A DNA stretch of 64,000 nucleotides from Flaccisagitta enflata (Eukaryota): positions 20,460,001 through 20,524,000 of the forward strand of contig OZ231126.1 in NCBI GenBank assembly GCA_965153355.1, read 5' to 3'. The notes under the pieces are model-generated. The model did no database searches. It worked only from the letters and a program-made list of their open reading frames with translations, and had not been told where the DNA came from. Shown here in pieces: positions 33,546-50,000 of the stretch (within the stretch, counting starts at the first letter, position 1; each line of letters begins with the position of its first letter). The position numbers and the translations under genes were made by a program.

Positions 33546-33596
33546 TGATAGAAAACCACTTTCACGCACGCACGGACGTAAACACAAACACAAACA

Positions 33597-33699
<103 letters not shown>

Positions 33700-36600
33700 T
33701 CAGACTTTAACGTAATAACAGCAGCATTCTTTTTCGAGGTAGTTTTTGCAAGAAGACCTCATTAGTTTGTGATTGCTGTTTGGAGCAGCATTTCCCTTTC
33801 CAGTTCGCGTGCGCGCACGTGGGCCAGCATGGTCAATTGTTCTCCAGTTCGCCGTTGGTTCAGGTTGTAGCTACAGTGCAAAACAAGGCGAGAAACACGG
33901 CAACATTAGTCACGGGCGGGTGGGCAGGAGCGGAAAACACCGATTTTGTGACAGACAGATCGTCGGACCAACCAACAGACTGACCGACCTCATAATGCCC
34001 ATTGTCCCTGTCTGAAATACCTTATCATGGCGTTTTAGTAAGTTTTTGCAGAAGAAGTCTGCTTCGTTCATCTAAACGTATGCCGCCATTGAGGAGACGT
34101 TTTTCTTTTTAGCCATGAATGAATATTATTACATTTAAGTAATATTAGTATGAAAATATCTTTAAAATCACATAAAAATGGCGGAAAAGCTAGGTAGAAT
34201 CATAGAAAGTGATTTTTTATATTATAATTGCAATAGCACATTCATTTATGTCAAAAAAAGGGAAAAATGTACATTTTTTGTGTTAAAATAGTAATTATGA
34301 TTGATTGCAATATCTATACATTTTGGATTAATGAGAATGAGACATAGGAATCTGATACATGAATTTCTATTGTATCATTGGTCTGAATTTGAGCTTTTTG
34401 GCATATTAAGAAAGTATTACTATAAAACGTCAATTTGTTAAAGCTTCAGTTTTGCCGCCTTAATTCATGGGGAAATTTCAGGAAATGAATGTGCATGTTC
34501 ACATGATATATCTCTTCATCATACCAAACGCTCAACCCCCTCCGAGCCGTCGCATAGCGTCGCAAGCCCATGAAGCATGATGCTGTTGTTGTCATTTTCC
34601 ACAATTTTAAAAATGGGCTAACTCTTGAACGCTTGGACCCATTTGCTTCACACTTGAAGGGAAGTTGTACCAAAGTAAGCTGATTTGTATCCTATGCGTG
34701 TGCTATGATCAGACCACCCCTACCAGCCCAACCAGCCTACTAGGCCCTGCTAGCCTTAAAGTGAAACATGTGGATAACTTTGGCGTTTTTCAACCGATGT
34801 AGCTAGAACTTGGTAAGAAGACTCAATGGAAGGACTCAACGTGATGCATATATATTTCAGCATGCTAACGGCCAGACTGGCCTACCACCCAACCAGCCTC
34901 CTACCTTAAATGTGAAAAACGTGCATAACTTTGGTACTTTTCAACCAAATTGGTTGAAGCTTGATACAGATACTTGAAATGGAATGAATGTATGAGACTT
35001 ATTAAAATTCGAGTGCACTAACTGGCCAAATCGGCATACCACTTAGGGCAGGAGCAGTGGGCTCAAAAAGCTCAATAACGCTAAAAAAGTAAAAGGAGGA
35101 CTAACCAATTGACAGATAGACAGACCGACAAACAGGGGGGGGGGGGAGTCGCGTAGACCCCAACTAAAAACAATATATAATTATGTCCCGCTATAACAGA
35201 TGCAAGAGTAACGGAAATCAACCTATAACGGATGTGAAGTTATAGTCCTTTAATGTTGATTACATCTTCTTCTTTTTACTTGCAGTAACGGAACTCTATA
35301 AGAGGCTTTGTCCATCCATCGGTCTGTTGGTCCATCCATTGGTCTGTCCATCTGTCCGTCCATCCATCAGAACTAGTCAAAAAATGGGAAAACAATCGTT
35401 TTTTTTTTTTCACTTTTTGCGTATGTTTGGGTGTGTGTGGACTGTGGAGGGGGGCTGTGTAAATGGGAATTGGACGTCCGTGCCCACACCTTTATCATCT
35501 TCTTCTTTATCGTCTTCTTCTTCATCATCGTCTTCTTCTTCGCCGTCTTCTTCTTTTCTGATGCGTCATCGGCTCATCGCATCTCTAATTTCTCTTTAAG
35601 AAGGTCTGTCCATCCGTCCATCTGTCTTTCCGTCCAACCGTCCGTCCATCCGTCCGTTACGCCTCTTTTGATATCACGGAGATGACGCATCGAGTTGGCC
35701 GCCTGGGCTTGTTAATCTTCTTCTTCAGCATCGTCTTCTGTTTCTTTTTCATATTAAATTTCTTTTCCCTCAGTTTTCTTTTTCTTTTTCTTCTCATTCT
35801 CCTTCTTCTTCTTCTTCTTCTTCTTCTTCACCTTCTTCTTCTTCTTTTTCTTCTTCTTTATCTTCTTCTTTATCTTCTTCTATTCTTTCTCGGTTGATAT
35901 CGGAATCTACCCTGGTAATGCAACATCATAGACTACGCCGAAATTTCAAAGAGAGAAACAGATTCCATCTAGTTATCACTGACAGAAAAAATGGCGGCAA
36001 AATATTCGAGGGTAGTACTGATGAAAACGAGTGTAATTTTAAATTTCGGTTTTGCCAAAAAGGCACGGTTTTCTCATTTCCTGTCCAATTTTTCACGAGG
36101 AATTCAAAAATCGCGGTCTCGAGAGCCTAGGACAACGTCTTGAGGATCCTATGAGAAAACTTAGTTTTAGCCAGGCTGCCTCTCTCTCTCTCTCTAAATC
36201 TCTCTTTAATTTTTTTAAGTGTTCCCGCACATTCAAAAAGGTGTGCGGTGGGTCCCTGAAACAGCGATCATATCCGTATCGAGATTGATACATCATCTAG
36301 ATACATAGACAAAACGAAACAGTGTCAAAAACCACTCCAATGTTTCTTATTTTCATTGCAACGAAAAAGAGCCTGCGCGGCACCAAAAAGTCTCCAAGTA
36401 GAAATGACCTTACCTGTCTCGTCTTTTTGTATTCGATGGACAAATGTTTTCCGATGGGACCCGCTCGCAGCTCAAAATGAAAATAAAATTCTTTCAAGGA
36501 AGAAAAATAAAAAAACAGAAGTTCTTGTTGGTTCTAGCACGTCGAAAGCGAATAAGAGCAGTTTCAACGCTTCTTCCGTTTTACGCTGTTTAGTTTCATA

Positions 36601-37450
36601 TGAAAGGGTTTGTCCGTCGGTCGGTCCGTCCGTCCGTCGGTCCGTCGGTATGTCCGTCCGTTACGCAAGTGGAAAAAACGCATTCCTCGGTTGTTTTTGG
36701 CCACGATGAGATGCTATACTGAATCAAATGGTCGACAAACATGTTTTGAAGGCTTCCTTTACTACGCTGGTCGATTCATCTGTCTGTTTGTCCATCTGTC
36801 TCTCCATATATATGTCACATGTTCAATACACGCAGAGACATAACCCGGATGCATCTTTGCCAGGTCGGGCTTGTTGTTATCTTTTTAACACGAATACCAA
36901 AGAGATAGTGGTGCTTTCAGTTTGTATACGCCGTAGAAATCTAGTGATAGCGCTTAGCAAACAAACCAATTGTGATATTGTATTGGCTCTTTTGGCACCA
37001 AAAAAAGATTTTTCTTATTTTTTAGCATCGTCTGATTTCTTTTATAACAATGTTTAGACCCTATTATGGGGAAAGATAGATTGCATAGATGCGGTTGATA
37101 ATGGATCATGTACTGTATTTATCTACCCTCACCAAATCGGAAAACTGAAATGTTTAAACGTTACTCATGGGTATTTAGAAAGTCCCGCTTTACTGTCAGT
37201 ATCACTTTTACTTTGCCATTCGCTTCAGAAACATTTTTTTTTTCGTTCACTCTCTCAATAGTTCCCTCTTTTTTCTAGGATCAAATGATATAAACTCTGT
37301 TCTTGAATGAAATTTTTGTTGACAAAACCTGTCACTGTTACACTATGAAGGATCTAGGAGGGAGAAATATGTCTATTTTTGCACAAGACGGAACCTAAAA
37401 AGAAGTAAAAAAAGTAAACAAAAACAAACGAAGAAACAAATAAAGAAACA

Positions 37451-40699
<3,249 letters not shown>

Positions 40700-42633
40700 G
40701 TCTGAGATGAGCACAGAGAGAAGAAATTACGCGTTTGAAACATGCGCCCAATGACATGAAACTCATAACGTTCAAGCAGTTATTTTCTTGTACATCCTGA
40801 ATACTGCTTCAAATTTCACCCGGTAAAGATTATTCAGCGCCTTTCAGTCGCTCTCATCTATCTCCCCATCAGGATCACACAGTTTTGTACTTTTGGCTCA
40901 ATTGAGTACCGTTGACTATCCGACGACACTAATTTGCATAAAGCAGTGAGATAAATGGCAGTAATCTCGATTGAAATTCATTGTATGAAAAGTCGAATTT
41001 CGATGTGTAACCATATAAAAGGTGGCAAAGTGTTATAATATGAAAAAAAAACCGGTTCATTAGCAAACAAGGCCAACACCTATAAGTCGCGTGCGAGACT
41101 TACAGATTGACTTAGAATGACTTAGAATGACTTAGAATGACTTAGTTTACCTTTTATCCTTAAATGTCTTAAAATGACTTAAGGAAATAAAATTGATAAA
41201 AAAAGTAAAATGGGGACCGACCAACCGACTGACCGACCAACCAACCGATGGATGGACGGACAAAGCGGGGTGTAGAGTCGCGTGCAAGCGACAAAAAATA
41301 GTAGCACATCCTCACTTATACCTGGAAGCGTATTTGCATTTCCTTTCCATTAAATGAGATCGTGCTATCCCGTTTGGGCGCTTGGGTGAATGTCTCCCGC
41401 TGATATTCATTGGCCCTAGCTCCTATGACCTTCCTATAATCTAATTTCGGAAGCGAGGCCATCTAAATTTGCCCGTTTTGCGTGCACACAACATCCATTC
41501 TCTGCAGTTTTTGCGAAGGGGAGTCTGATGGCGCTTCGATCGAGGAAAATCGAAACTCGGAGACGGAAAACAGAAGAAACGGAAACAAAAGTGAATCGCA
41601 AAAACAACTCGTAGCTTCGCAGAAAAGAAGGACAAAATACTAAGTGAATGTGACCATCAATGATGAAATCAAAAGCGAGATGTGAAAACCACTCGTCACA
41701 TGAGAGAAGAAAAAGAAAACTAACCATTTCATTTGTAATTGACGATGATTGTAATCAACATCGACGTCAATTGTTTATACTATACATAAACTGACTCAAC
41801 TTAGTGTCTGAATTATGAATGAATTCCATAAAGGTCTCTGTCTTCAAAACAATATGGAATCTCATTGGGAGACATTTATCAAAATAGGCATTTGGAATTT
41901 GGCCTAGTTACTTGTACGCAAATTCGTCATCTATATCCCCTAAAAACCTCAACATTTCCACCAACGCCATAAGGTTGTTTTAAATATGGCGTCACTTGCA
42001 TGGACTGGAATCATCACGGACTTTTTACGGTACCCTCATCCCTAGATGTAATTTCATAGTCTCGCAATTAACAGCAACATACAGTCATACACCCCCTCAA
42101 ACTCCATGTGTCATACTGCCCGCGACTTTGTATCGTAATGTTACTCTCGTTGGTCATGTCATCTCTTGTCGTCTCATTACCCATATACGCTACGCTACGC
42201 TACTGTCCCGCCGGTGTCTTGTATCTCTTTATGACGTGCCATTTAACTAAACAAGTTCTTTTCTTAACGCCCGTCGCGTCGCATTTGTTTTTGTCAATCC
42301 GTTTTAGTCAGTGATAAAAAGCCTTGTGAAAGTTTGATAAAATGATGAAAAACTCGCGAAAATAACAAAACAAGACAATAAAGACAAAGACAATAAAGAC
42401 AAAGACAATAGTGCTCAAATCAAAACGAACATAAATGAAACTCTGAGGCGACTGCAAGTCAACAAAAAAAACCCGAACGATGGCGTTTTTCCATCTAATA
42501 AACACTTTAGATAAAGTGTATTTCGGATTGGCGGTCGTTACTTTTATGCTATCTTTAGCCGGATTCATTTCTCCTTGTTGGATCGAAAGATATCAAAATA
42601 TCGTCCCGATGACATCCTTAGGGCTTTGGGGCC

Positions 42634-42672
42634 TCAGGATTGACAGGTGAGACAATTGATGGCTGTTGTTAA

Positions 42673-42717
<45 letters not shown>

Positions 42718-43083
42718 GGCATTCAACCACTTGTTGACATCCACGGAGAAAAAGAACCGCTCCCTTCTTTTGAAATCAGAGGAAAGGACGATTTTGCAAG
42801 ACTCGGTGAGCCTTGGGCAGCCTCCGACAACGGCATCTTGGTCGTCTTGAATTCGCTCGATGACTAATTCGTAATTTTGCAACCGCTCTCTTCCGGTCAT
42901 TGTGGTATAGACAACTAGTTTCTCGCGCCCATTGCCTTTACAACCGAGACCCAGATTTATGCGATTACCGATCCATACGGCCCAGGAGATATCATTGACG
43001 GAGAAGTTGGCCACTTGGATACTGCTAAAGCCCAAAAGAGGCGACGAGAGCGTATGGTTGATGTCTTTGACGAAAATGCGTTC
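42634..43083 (-). CDS. Possible terminal exon of an unidentified minus-strand gene
   Basis: After a candidate acceptor (ctaaag), 150 open codons: ERIFVKDINHTLSSPLLGFSSIQVANF...INCLTCQS*. No family recognised. Confidence 0.35.
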
Positions 43084-43170
43084 CTTTAGAAAATGTCGAC
43101 AATTTAAACCCCCACCTTTCAGTACTCCAGAGTGGGTTAAGCATGAAAATAACGGAAACTTAAATGATGG

Positions 43171-43632
43171 TATAAGGAGCTAAATCGTGTAACGTCCAAG
43201 CTGTGAGACCAGCTATAAAAACTCTTACTGTTATGATATTATAATGCTTTCATCCATTATGTTTCCATTCATTATGTTTTCCGTTCTTAAGTGTATTTCC
43301 ATTGCTTAAATGTGATTTGTCATTTTGCCTCTCATAGTTAAGATCCCACGTTTGTCCCCTGTGGCTTTTGTGCCCAGGATATTGAATTAGACTTTAAGTT
43401 AGATCATTGGAACAGAGGCCCTTACGATTCATCCTACAACCCGCATTTCGATTCCTTCCACATTCTATTTCTTTGCATAGTTTCTAGCAGAGAATCAATC
43501 ACTCAATGAGAACATCATATAAGAACCTTCGATAGTTAAATAGTTACAATAGGACTCCCTCAAGCCATCAAGAAGTCGAGCAAGAAGCCTACGTGGAAGA
43601 AGGTAAGGACCTGCAAGATATGGGCCCTTACA
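43171..43632 (+). repeat. 5' LTR (462 bp)
   Basis: TATAAGG...CCTTACA near-perfect terminal inverted repeat; followed after 2 nt by the PBS. First 296 bp match 57240-57535. Confidence 0.9.
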
Positions 43633-43634
43633 AC

Positions 43635-43647
43635 TGGCGCATCGGCA
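43635..43647 (+). promoter_or_regulatory. Primer-binding site, tRNA-Ser-like
   Basis: TGGCGCATCGGCA directly after the LTR; resembles the complement of a tRNA-Ser 3' end (TGGCGCAGTCGGCAGG, recalled from memory) with a 1-nt gap. Confidence 0.65.
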
Positions 43648-44403
43648 TTTCTAGAACCGTTCCAGAGATCTACCAGTTCTCTCAGGTGGCTCTCATATTC
43701 TTTACTTTCTTATTTCTGAGGAACTCCTCTGGAATTTAATTTCTCATGCAACAGCCTTTCTGCCTTGAATAGGCCATCTTGGTTGCAGATCTGGCTGCCA
43801 AGACGACGGATTTCTTCCCCTCTTTCACTAATTTCCTGGTCTCCGGTGGAACCGAAACTGCTGTCTTGGACGAGTTCAGCGCTTAGTGTGTGGTATAAGG
43901 ATTGTGGATCTTTCACAGTCCGTTTTTAAGCTGGGTATACTGGTTAGATTCGTCCAACAGTCCTTCCGCAAGCGCCGGCTCGGTTTCGACTTCCGCTTGG
44001 GATCCTTAACAAGCGTATGAGGCAACCCCTCTTCGTGGCAGTTCGCGCAAGCCCCGCTCAACAAGTCTGTGAATGTTGACGGAGTTTGATTGGCTAAAAT
44101 CCTGATCAGGTACGCGTTTTTACTTCCAGTAGAGAACAAGACCTGGACGCACTTCTCATGTAGTGGTCATTCCTTGGACCTGCTCACGGACCCGTGTTCA
44201 AGGCGTGCGCTGGGTTTTGCCATAGGTTGGAGTTCCTACGCAAATCTTTCTCTTCAATAACCGATGCTGTTCGCCAAAGTGAGAGCCCCTTTACCGATCA
44301 CCCTTAATCGTATCATTTATCCCGGCACTTAAGCCACAGAGACCGCTCAATTCAATTTTTCAAGAATAAACATTAGCCTCCTAGCTGGTGTCTATCTGAC
44401 TAG

Positions 44404-45084
44404 ATGGACCCTCCTTATCGAAGAAATCGAAGATCCCAACGAAGATCCTCATCTCCTGAATCAAACTCCGCTCCAAACCGTGCTTCAACAAGCCCAAGTC
44501 GCAGATTCCGAAGATCCCCATCTGCACGCCCGCAATATCGTTTTGAGGCCCACCATCAGGGAGCAGAACACAGCCCTCTGGTCGCCAGTCTTCTCAACAA
44601 TTCGAGACCTCTCTCGCGCGACGACTTTGACGAGTGGACTAACCGGTTCCGAAACGCTGTCTCTCTCGCCTCCCCTTCACCTCCAAGAAGGCCGAGAGCT
44701 GAATACAGGAACTGGCTCCCCAGGGATCAGGCTTCGCCTAGTCCCAGTGCCACTCCCAATTCCCTGTGGGCCCCCAGCCATCACGGAAGATACTCCTCAA
44801 GACGCCGTGACCACGTCGAACGCACCAGCCGACTCATCTTTTGCGCCATCTTGGTCGTGAAAGAAGACAACCCAAACAGTAACGCGGATCAGCTGTGGCT
44901 TGCCTTTGTCCAGAAGCTGACAAACACCCCATTGTTCGACTCCGAAGAGTTGGTTCTCCAAGCCTGGGACTACGTGTTTGAAGCACCGGCAAGGTCGCAG
45001 TTTCGCATCTTCGTGGAGGGAACCGCCCAGGCAGTCTTCAACAGGATCTTCGCCTTCGCGTTGCCAACATCGCAACAAGTGTAA
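44404..45084 (+). CDS. Extra 226-aa ORF (ORF0) upstream of gag
   Basis: ATG-initiated; R/S/P-rich N-terminal half, helical-looking C-terminal half (LIFCAILVV...LWLAFVQKL...AWDYVF). Lies between PBS and gag. Confidence 0.65.
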   Translation: MDPPYRRNRRSQRRSSSPESNSAPNRASTSPSRRFRRSPSARPQYRFEAHHQGAEHSPLVASLLNNSRPLSRDDFDEWTNRFRNAVSLASPSPPRRPRAEYRNWLPRDQASPSPSATPNSLWAPSHHGRYSSRRRDHVERTSRLIFCAILVVKEDNPNSNADQLWLAFVQKLTNTPLFDSEELVLQAWDYVFEAPARSQFRIFVEGTAQAVFNRIFAFALPTSQQV

Positions 45085-45575
45085 ATCGGTGTACAGTTCC
45101 TCTTCGCCTTGTTTCGCTGTAATTTTCTATTGTGGCCTCCTCGTCCTTTATTGTCATTGAATCCAACTCCCCTTCATTTCTAATAACTCGCCTCAAAATG
45201 GCTGAAGCTAGCCCCCCCGAATACATCGTTCGTCTCTACTCGTCACCCGCTGCCATAGGATTCAACATTTTGAGAATCGTCAACGGGGAGGAACAGATCG
45301 TCAACAGCGGCCACAAGTTACCCAATCCCAAAGCACTTGGTCTAACCTCAAGCGCGAGTTGGCCGCTCTCAAATACGCATTCGACTCCAACTCCACTCTG
45401 CTTAGCGAAAACGACTACATCGTCGAAACTGACTTTCTTCCGCTGAGGTCCTTGCTCCTTGCTGGGTTTTCCGCACCACAATAACAACCGAGCGTTATCC
45501 ACTTCTCTCCTTTTCCTAAACACCCTGTCATCAACACCTCCATTATTCAACTAAGATAGAGTTGCACTCTGTCCA

Positions 45576-47033
45576 ATGCCCCCGCCTCTTCCACCAACAA
45601 TTCCCTCCGTCCCAAACGCAATCCAGCTGGGTGCTCAACCTCCCCACAATCCAGTCCCCATGGTTGGTAACGACGCTGCCAACAACCAACTAAACGCCAA
45701 CCAAGGAGACGCCGCTGCAGCTGCCGACGCCGCAACTGCCGCTGCACTTGCCGCTGCCATGGCGGTAACAAACGAGAGAGCAAGCTCCATCCCAGTGGAC
45801 TCTTTCCGCTCGGGAGTGGATGACCTGGACGAGTGGTTCGAGATCTTCGAAAACGCTGTCAAACTGGCAATGAACCCTTCCTCTGATGATAGGAAGTGGC
45901 AACTATGCAAAAGCTGGCTTCCCATCAAGCTTGACTCAGAAGCTCGAGCTGTCTACAAACAAATCCCATCGACTCTCACTTACGAACAAACCAAAACTCA
46001 GCTCAAGGATCGCCTTGTTGACCCCAACGAGGTCTACAAATGGAAGGCCATGAAGACCCAAATTGTCTGGGATGGAAAGGAAAGTTTCCAGGCCTTGGCA
46101 ACTCGTGTCAAACGTGCGGTCGACAACTACGAGAAAGAGCTCGACGACAACGGCAAGAAATGGGCGTACTTCTTCAGGTTTAGGGAGTCTCTCCCTGAAA
46201 CCCCCTATCAGGACTACATTGACTTGAGCCTGACGAAGCAAGATCGCACCATTGAAAACGCCATGGAACTTGCCTCAAGAGTGAAAATGACTCAGAGAGA
46301 CAAGGAACCAGCAAAAGAGCCCAAGCAAGTCGCCTTCACTGGCCTAGCCATGGCCGACGACCGCATCGGAGGCCTCGAACTTGCTATTGCACAACTCGGT
46401 ACGGAAGTGAGAAATATGTCCGTGCAAGGAAAACCTTCCGACGACCGCGGCCGCTCAACCAGCGACGGATACAACCGGTATTCAAGGGACCGCTACCGCG
46501 ACAGCTCAGGAAGCCCCAGCAGAGACCGTCAATACAACCGGGATCGCAATGGCAACCGCCGTGACCAAAGCTATGGTCGCGACAGAGATTACCGCCGCGA
46601 TCAAGAGTCTCGTCGAGAGCCAAGCTTCAGCCGTGACCGAGACTATCGTCGTGAAGCCCCACGCCGTGACCAAGATCCCAATCGTGATCGCAATTCCCGT
46701 CGTGATCGAGATGAGCAAAATTGGAGCGGCAGGGACAACCGTAGGGACTACGACAATGGTCGTCAACGCAACAATCGCAACTCCGGCAGAGGAAGGTCCC
46801 CAACTCCAAGAACTCCTAGCGATGACCGCAACTACGGTGGTCGCAATTACAATCGCAATCGCAACCAAAGTCGCGACAGGAATCGTGGTGACCGCAATTA
46901 CAATGCCATCCAAACCGCCGATGAATACAGCAATGACAGCGAAGATGATGCCACCCTGGATGCCCGCCTGCTCTCACTTCTCCAAAAGAAGGAGTCTAGA
47001 CTGGCCCGCCAAGGTCGGAATCCGGAAAACTAG
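45576..47033 (+). CDS. gag: Gag (485 aa)
   Basis: Capsid-like FRSGVDDLDEWFEIFENAV...LPIKLDSEARAVY and ESFQALATRVKRAV segments; C-terminal R/D/N-rich region; immediately upstream of pol. Confidence 0.88.
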   Translation: MPPPLPPTIPSVPNAIQLGAQPPHNPVPMVGNDAANNQLNANQGDAAAAADAATAAALAAAMAVTNERASSIPVDSFRSGVDDLDEWFEIFENAVKLAMNPSSDDRKWQLCKSWLPIKLDSEARAVYKQIPSTLTYEQTKTQLKDRLVDPNEVYKWKAMKTQIVWDGKESFQALATRVKRAVDNYEKELDDNGKKWAYFFRFRESLPETPYQDYIDLSLTKQDRTIENAMELASRVKMTQRDKEPAKEPKQVAFTGLAMADDRIGGLELAIAQLGTEVRNMSVQGKPSDDRGRSTSDGYNRYSRDRYRDSSGSPSRDRQYNRDRNGNRRDQSYGRDRDYRRDQESRREPSFSRDRDYRREAPRRDQDPNRDRNSRRDRDEQNWSGRDNRRDYDNGRQRNNRNSGRGRSPTPRTPSDDRNYGGRNYNRNRNQSRDRNRGDRNYNAIQTADEYSNDSEDDATLDARLLSLLQKKESRLARQGRNPEN

Positions 47034-47085
47034 TTCCCGACTCTGTCAAGGGGCGCACAGAGATCGGAACTGCAAAACTCGCCCC
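47024..47085 (+). promoter_or_regulatory. -1 ribosomal frameshift signal (G GAA AAC plus putative pseudoknot)
   Basis: Slippery-like heptamer ending at the gag stop; pol is in the -1 frame and open from 47030. Stem 47032-47046/47057-47071; loop GGGGCG (47050-47055) is complementary to CGCCCC (47080-47085). Confidence 0.75.
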
Positions 47086-50000
47086 CTCTCTCAACTCAGC
47101 AGATTTTCCAAAACCCCCTGATCCCCACTTGATACCGGATACCCCAGAATCCCACGCTTACCCCGAATCCCCAGATCCCCCTCCAGGTGACTACAGACCC
47201 CAATGGAAGGCCGAATTCACCATCTCCATAAAGACAGGGCTTGATGGCAAGTACCAGAAGGTCCTTGCCCTTGGCGACACGGGCTCAAGTCGCTGCACTA
47301 TCTCGGAAGATTTCTTCAGAGATAGCCCTGCCCTCAGAAAACGTCCCTACAGAAATCTGGCAACTCGCGGCACAGCAATCAATGGGTCAAAAGTCTTAAC
47401 CATCGGTATCGTCAATGTCCCATTCCGTATTAACAACAATTACATGGCAATCAATTGTCGTGTTGTCAGAGGACTCATCCAGCCCGTCATCCTTGGTTGG
47501 GACTTTTTCTCAAAATTCAAGGCCACTCTCAACACTGTTGAGGGTCTGTTGGAATTCAGAGACTGGGCTCCCACTCCCCTGGTCAAAGACAGTACAGTTC
47601 TCTCCGGCTGCTTCTACCGAATTCACGAAGACGTCACTATCCCAGCCAACAGCAAAATGCACAAGATGGTCGAACTCATGGCAGACAAAGACCACATCAA
47701 ATCAGCATCAACAATGGTGGCCACGGAGCCCTTTGTAGACCAAGGCGAACAAGCGGCCACATGCAGAGCGATTTCGGATGTCAGGGACTGCATGTTCCTC
47801 ACAGAACTCATGAACTGCACGGACTCCGATGTCAAACTGGAAGCCGGTCGCGTCTTGGGTTATGCAGAATTCTTTGACCCCTTTGAGCTGGAGAAATATT
47901 GCTACAAGACGGAGATGGTCAATGACTACATAAGCGATGATTCGGCTTACGAATCTGGCAACTCCTCTGAAGGCGATAGTGACGACGAAGAACTGGAGGA
48001 AATTGTCTGCGACAGGCCTCCAAATTCCCAAACGCTCGCAGCCCACCAAGTGGACACTCTCGACCCCCCACAGCCACAAGACACCCCTCCACCACGAAGT
48101 GGTTGGACCCCTCCTCCACGGGCAAGAAGAAAGAGAATACCGCCTGGAGCTAAACCCCTCAGCATCGATTACTCCACCATCTCGGAGGAAGCAAAACCTT
48201 ACAAAGACCAACTCAAAAACCTCTTGGAAGTGAAACACGAGGGTGCCTTCAGCCAGCACGACCGAGATTACGGGAAAACATCTGTGATCCAATACCGCGC
48301 ACACATGAAGAATCCACCTGGTCCTCCTATTTCGGTCTCCCCATACCGAACCACCCCAGAAGCTCGGGAAGCTATCGACAAGCAGGCGTTTGAGATGATG
48401 GCAGATGGACTAGTCCGTCCGTCCACAAGCCCCTACTCTGCGCCCATCCTCCTCGCCAAAAAGAAGTTTGGAGGCTTCCGTTTCCTAACAGACTTCCGCA
48501 AGGTGAACGAGAGATGCGATAAAGTTGTCTACCCACTTCCCCGAATCGAGGACAGCATCCAACGTCTCAAGGATCCCCGCATCTTCAGCTCTCTCGATCT
48601 GACCAAAGGCTTTTGGCAGATCCCGATTGCTCCCGAGGACTGCAAATATTTCGCGTTTTCAACGGAGACAATGCACTTGGAATATTTAGTGGCCCCTATG
48701 GGCGCTAAAAATTCTCCAAGCTACCTGACGGCGCTCATGCAACTCGTGCTGCGGGGACTCCCTTCTCAACATGTGATCTCCTACCTCGACGATATTTTGG
48801 TCGCCGACAGCAACATGGAAGATCATCTTCACCACTTGGACCTAGTCCTCACGGCGCTGGAAAAAGCCGGGTTGAAGCTCAACCCGTCCAAATGCCACAT
48901 CGCTCAAGACTCTGTTGTGTGCCTAGGACACAAACTTAGCAAGTACGGGATTGGTCCCGATCCTGCCAACATGGACAAGATCAAATCATGGAAGACGCCC
49001 GAAAACATCAAGAGGCTAAGGACTTTCCTTGGTCTAACCGGATACTATCGTCACTTCATCAAAGGCTATAGTGACATCGCCCAACCCCTCACAGAGCTCA
49101 CCAAGGAGGATGTGGAATGGAAGTGGACCAGCACTCACCAACACGCCTTCGAAACCCTGAGGGACTACCTGACTTCCAACAACGTTATGTGCTATCCAGA
49201 CTTCGCCAAGCCTTTCATCATCAAATCCGATGCATCCCTGACCGCCATCGGATATGTACTCACCCAAAAGGTAGACGGCAAAGAGAAAGTCATCTCATAC
49301 GGTTCTAAGAAGTTGAGCCGTCCTCAGCAAAATTGGTCAACTTACGACCGTGAGTACTTTGCTCTCCTTTGCGCAGTCCGTGCGAATGCTCATTACTTGC
49401 GCCACGCCCCATTCCTTGCCATAACCGACCATCGCCCCCTATTAGCGTGGAAGAAGATTGACTCAAGGAAGGACCCCACTGGAAGACGAACCCGGTGGAC
49501 AATCGAACTTAACTCCTACGACTTTGAGTTGATCTACAAGGAAGGCAAGTCTCACGCCGACGCAGACGCGATGAGTCGTCGTGGCGATGACGATGACGAA
49601 ATCGCCGAGGACAGCGACGAGTTTGCATTCCTTGCCATTACGTGCGAGGACCAATTCTCAGCAGTCCGCTTCAATGCGTTCAAGGAAGATGAAGATACGT
49701 TACGCAGAGCTCAGAACGACGATGCAACAATCTCTACCGTCAAAAGCTTCCTTAGAGCTCGCAAACGTATCCCAGACAACTTCCCAGATGGATGGTACTC
49801 CTCCAATCGAAGGTGGTTCATTCTCCAAAAAGGCATTCTTTACAAGAAGGCCTACAGCGAATGCAGTCATCTTGACATCCTCCAAGCCGTCATCCCCCCA
49901 TCTATGACAAAATCGGTCTTGGAAGATCTCCACGGCGAATACATGGCTGGACACCCATCCCATGACAAAATGCTCCTCATGGTGAACAGGTACGCTACGT

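Noticed and set aside
43710-44139. Two short antisense ORFs in the retrotransposon leader
   Set aside because: Short, with non-ATG starts and no recognisable motifs; cannot be distinguished from chance.
46549-47121. 190-aa ORF overlapping the gag end
   Set aside because: Alternate-frame product of the repetitive R/D/N-coding region; it is not the pol frame.
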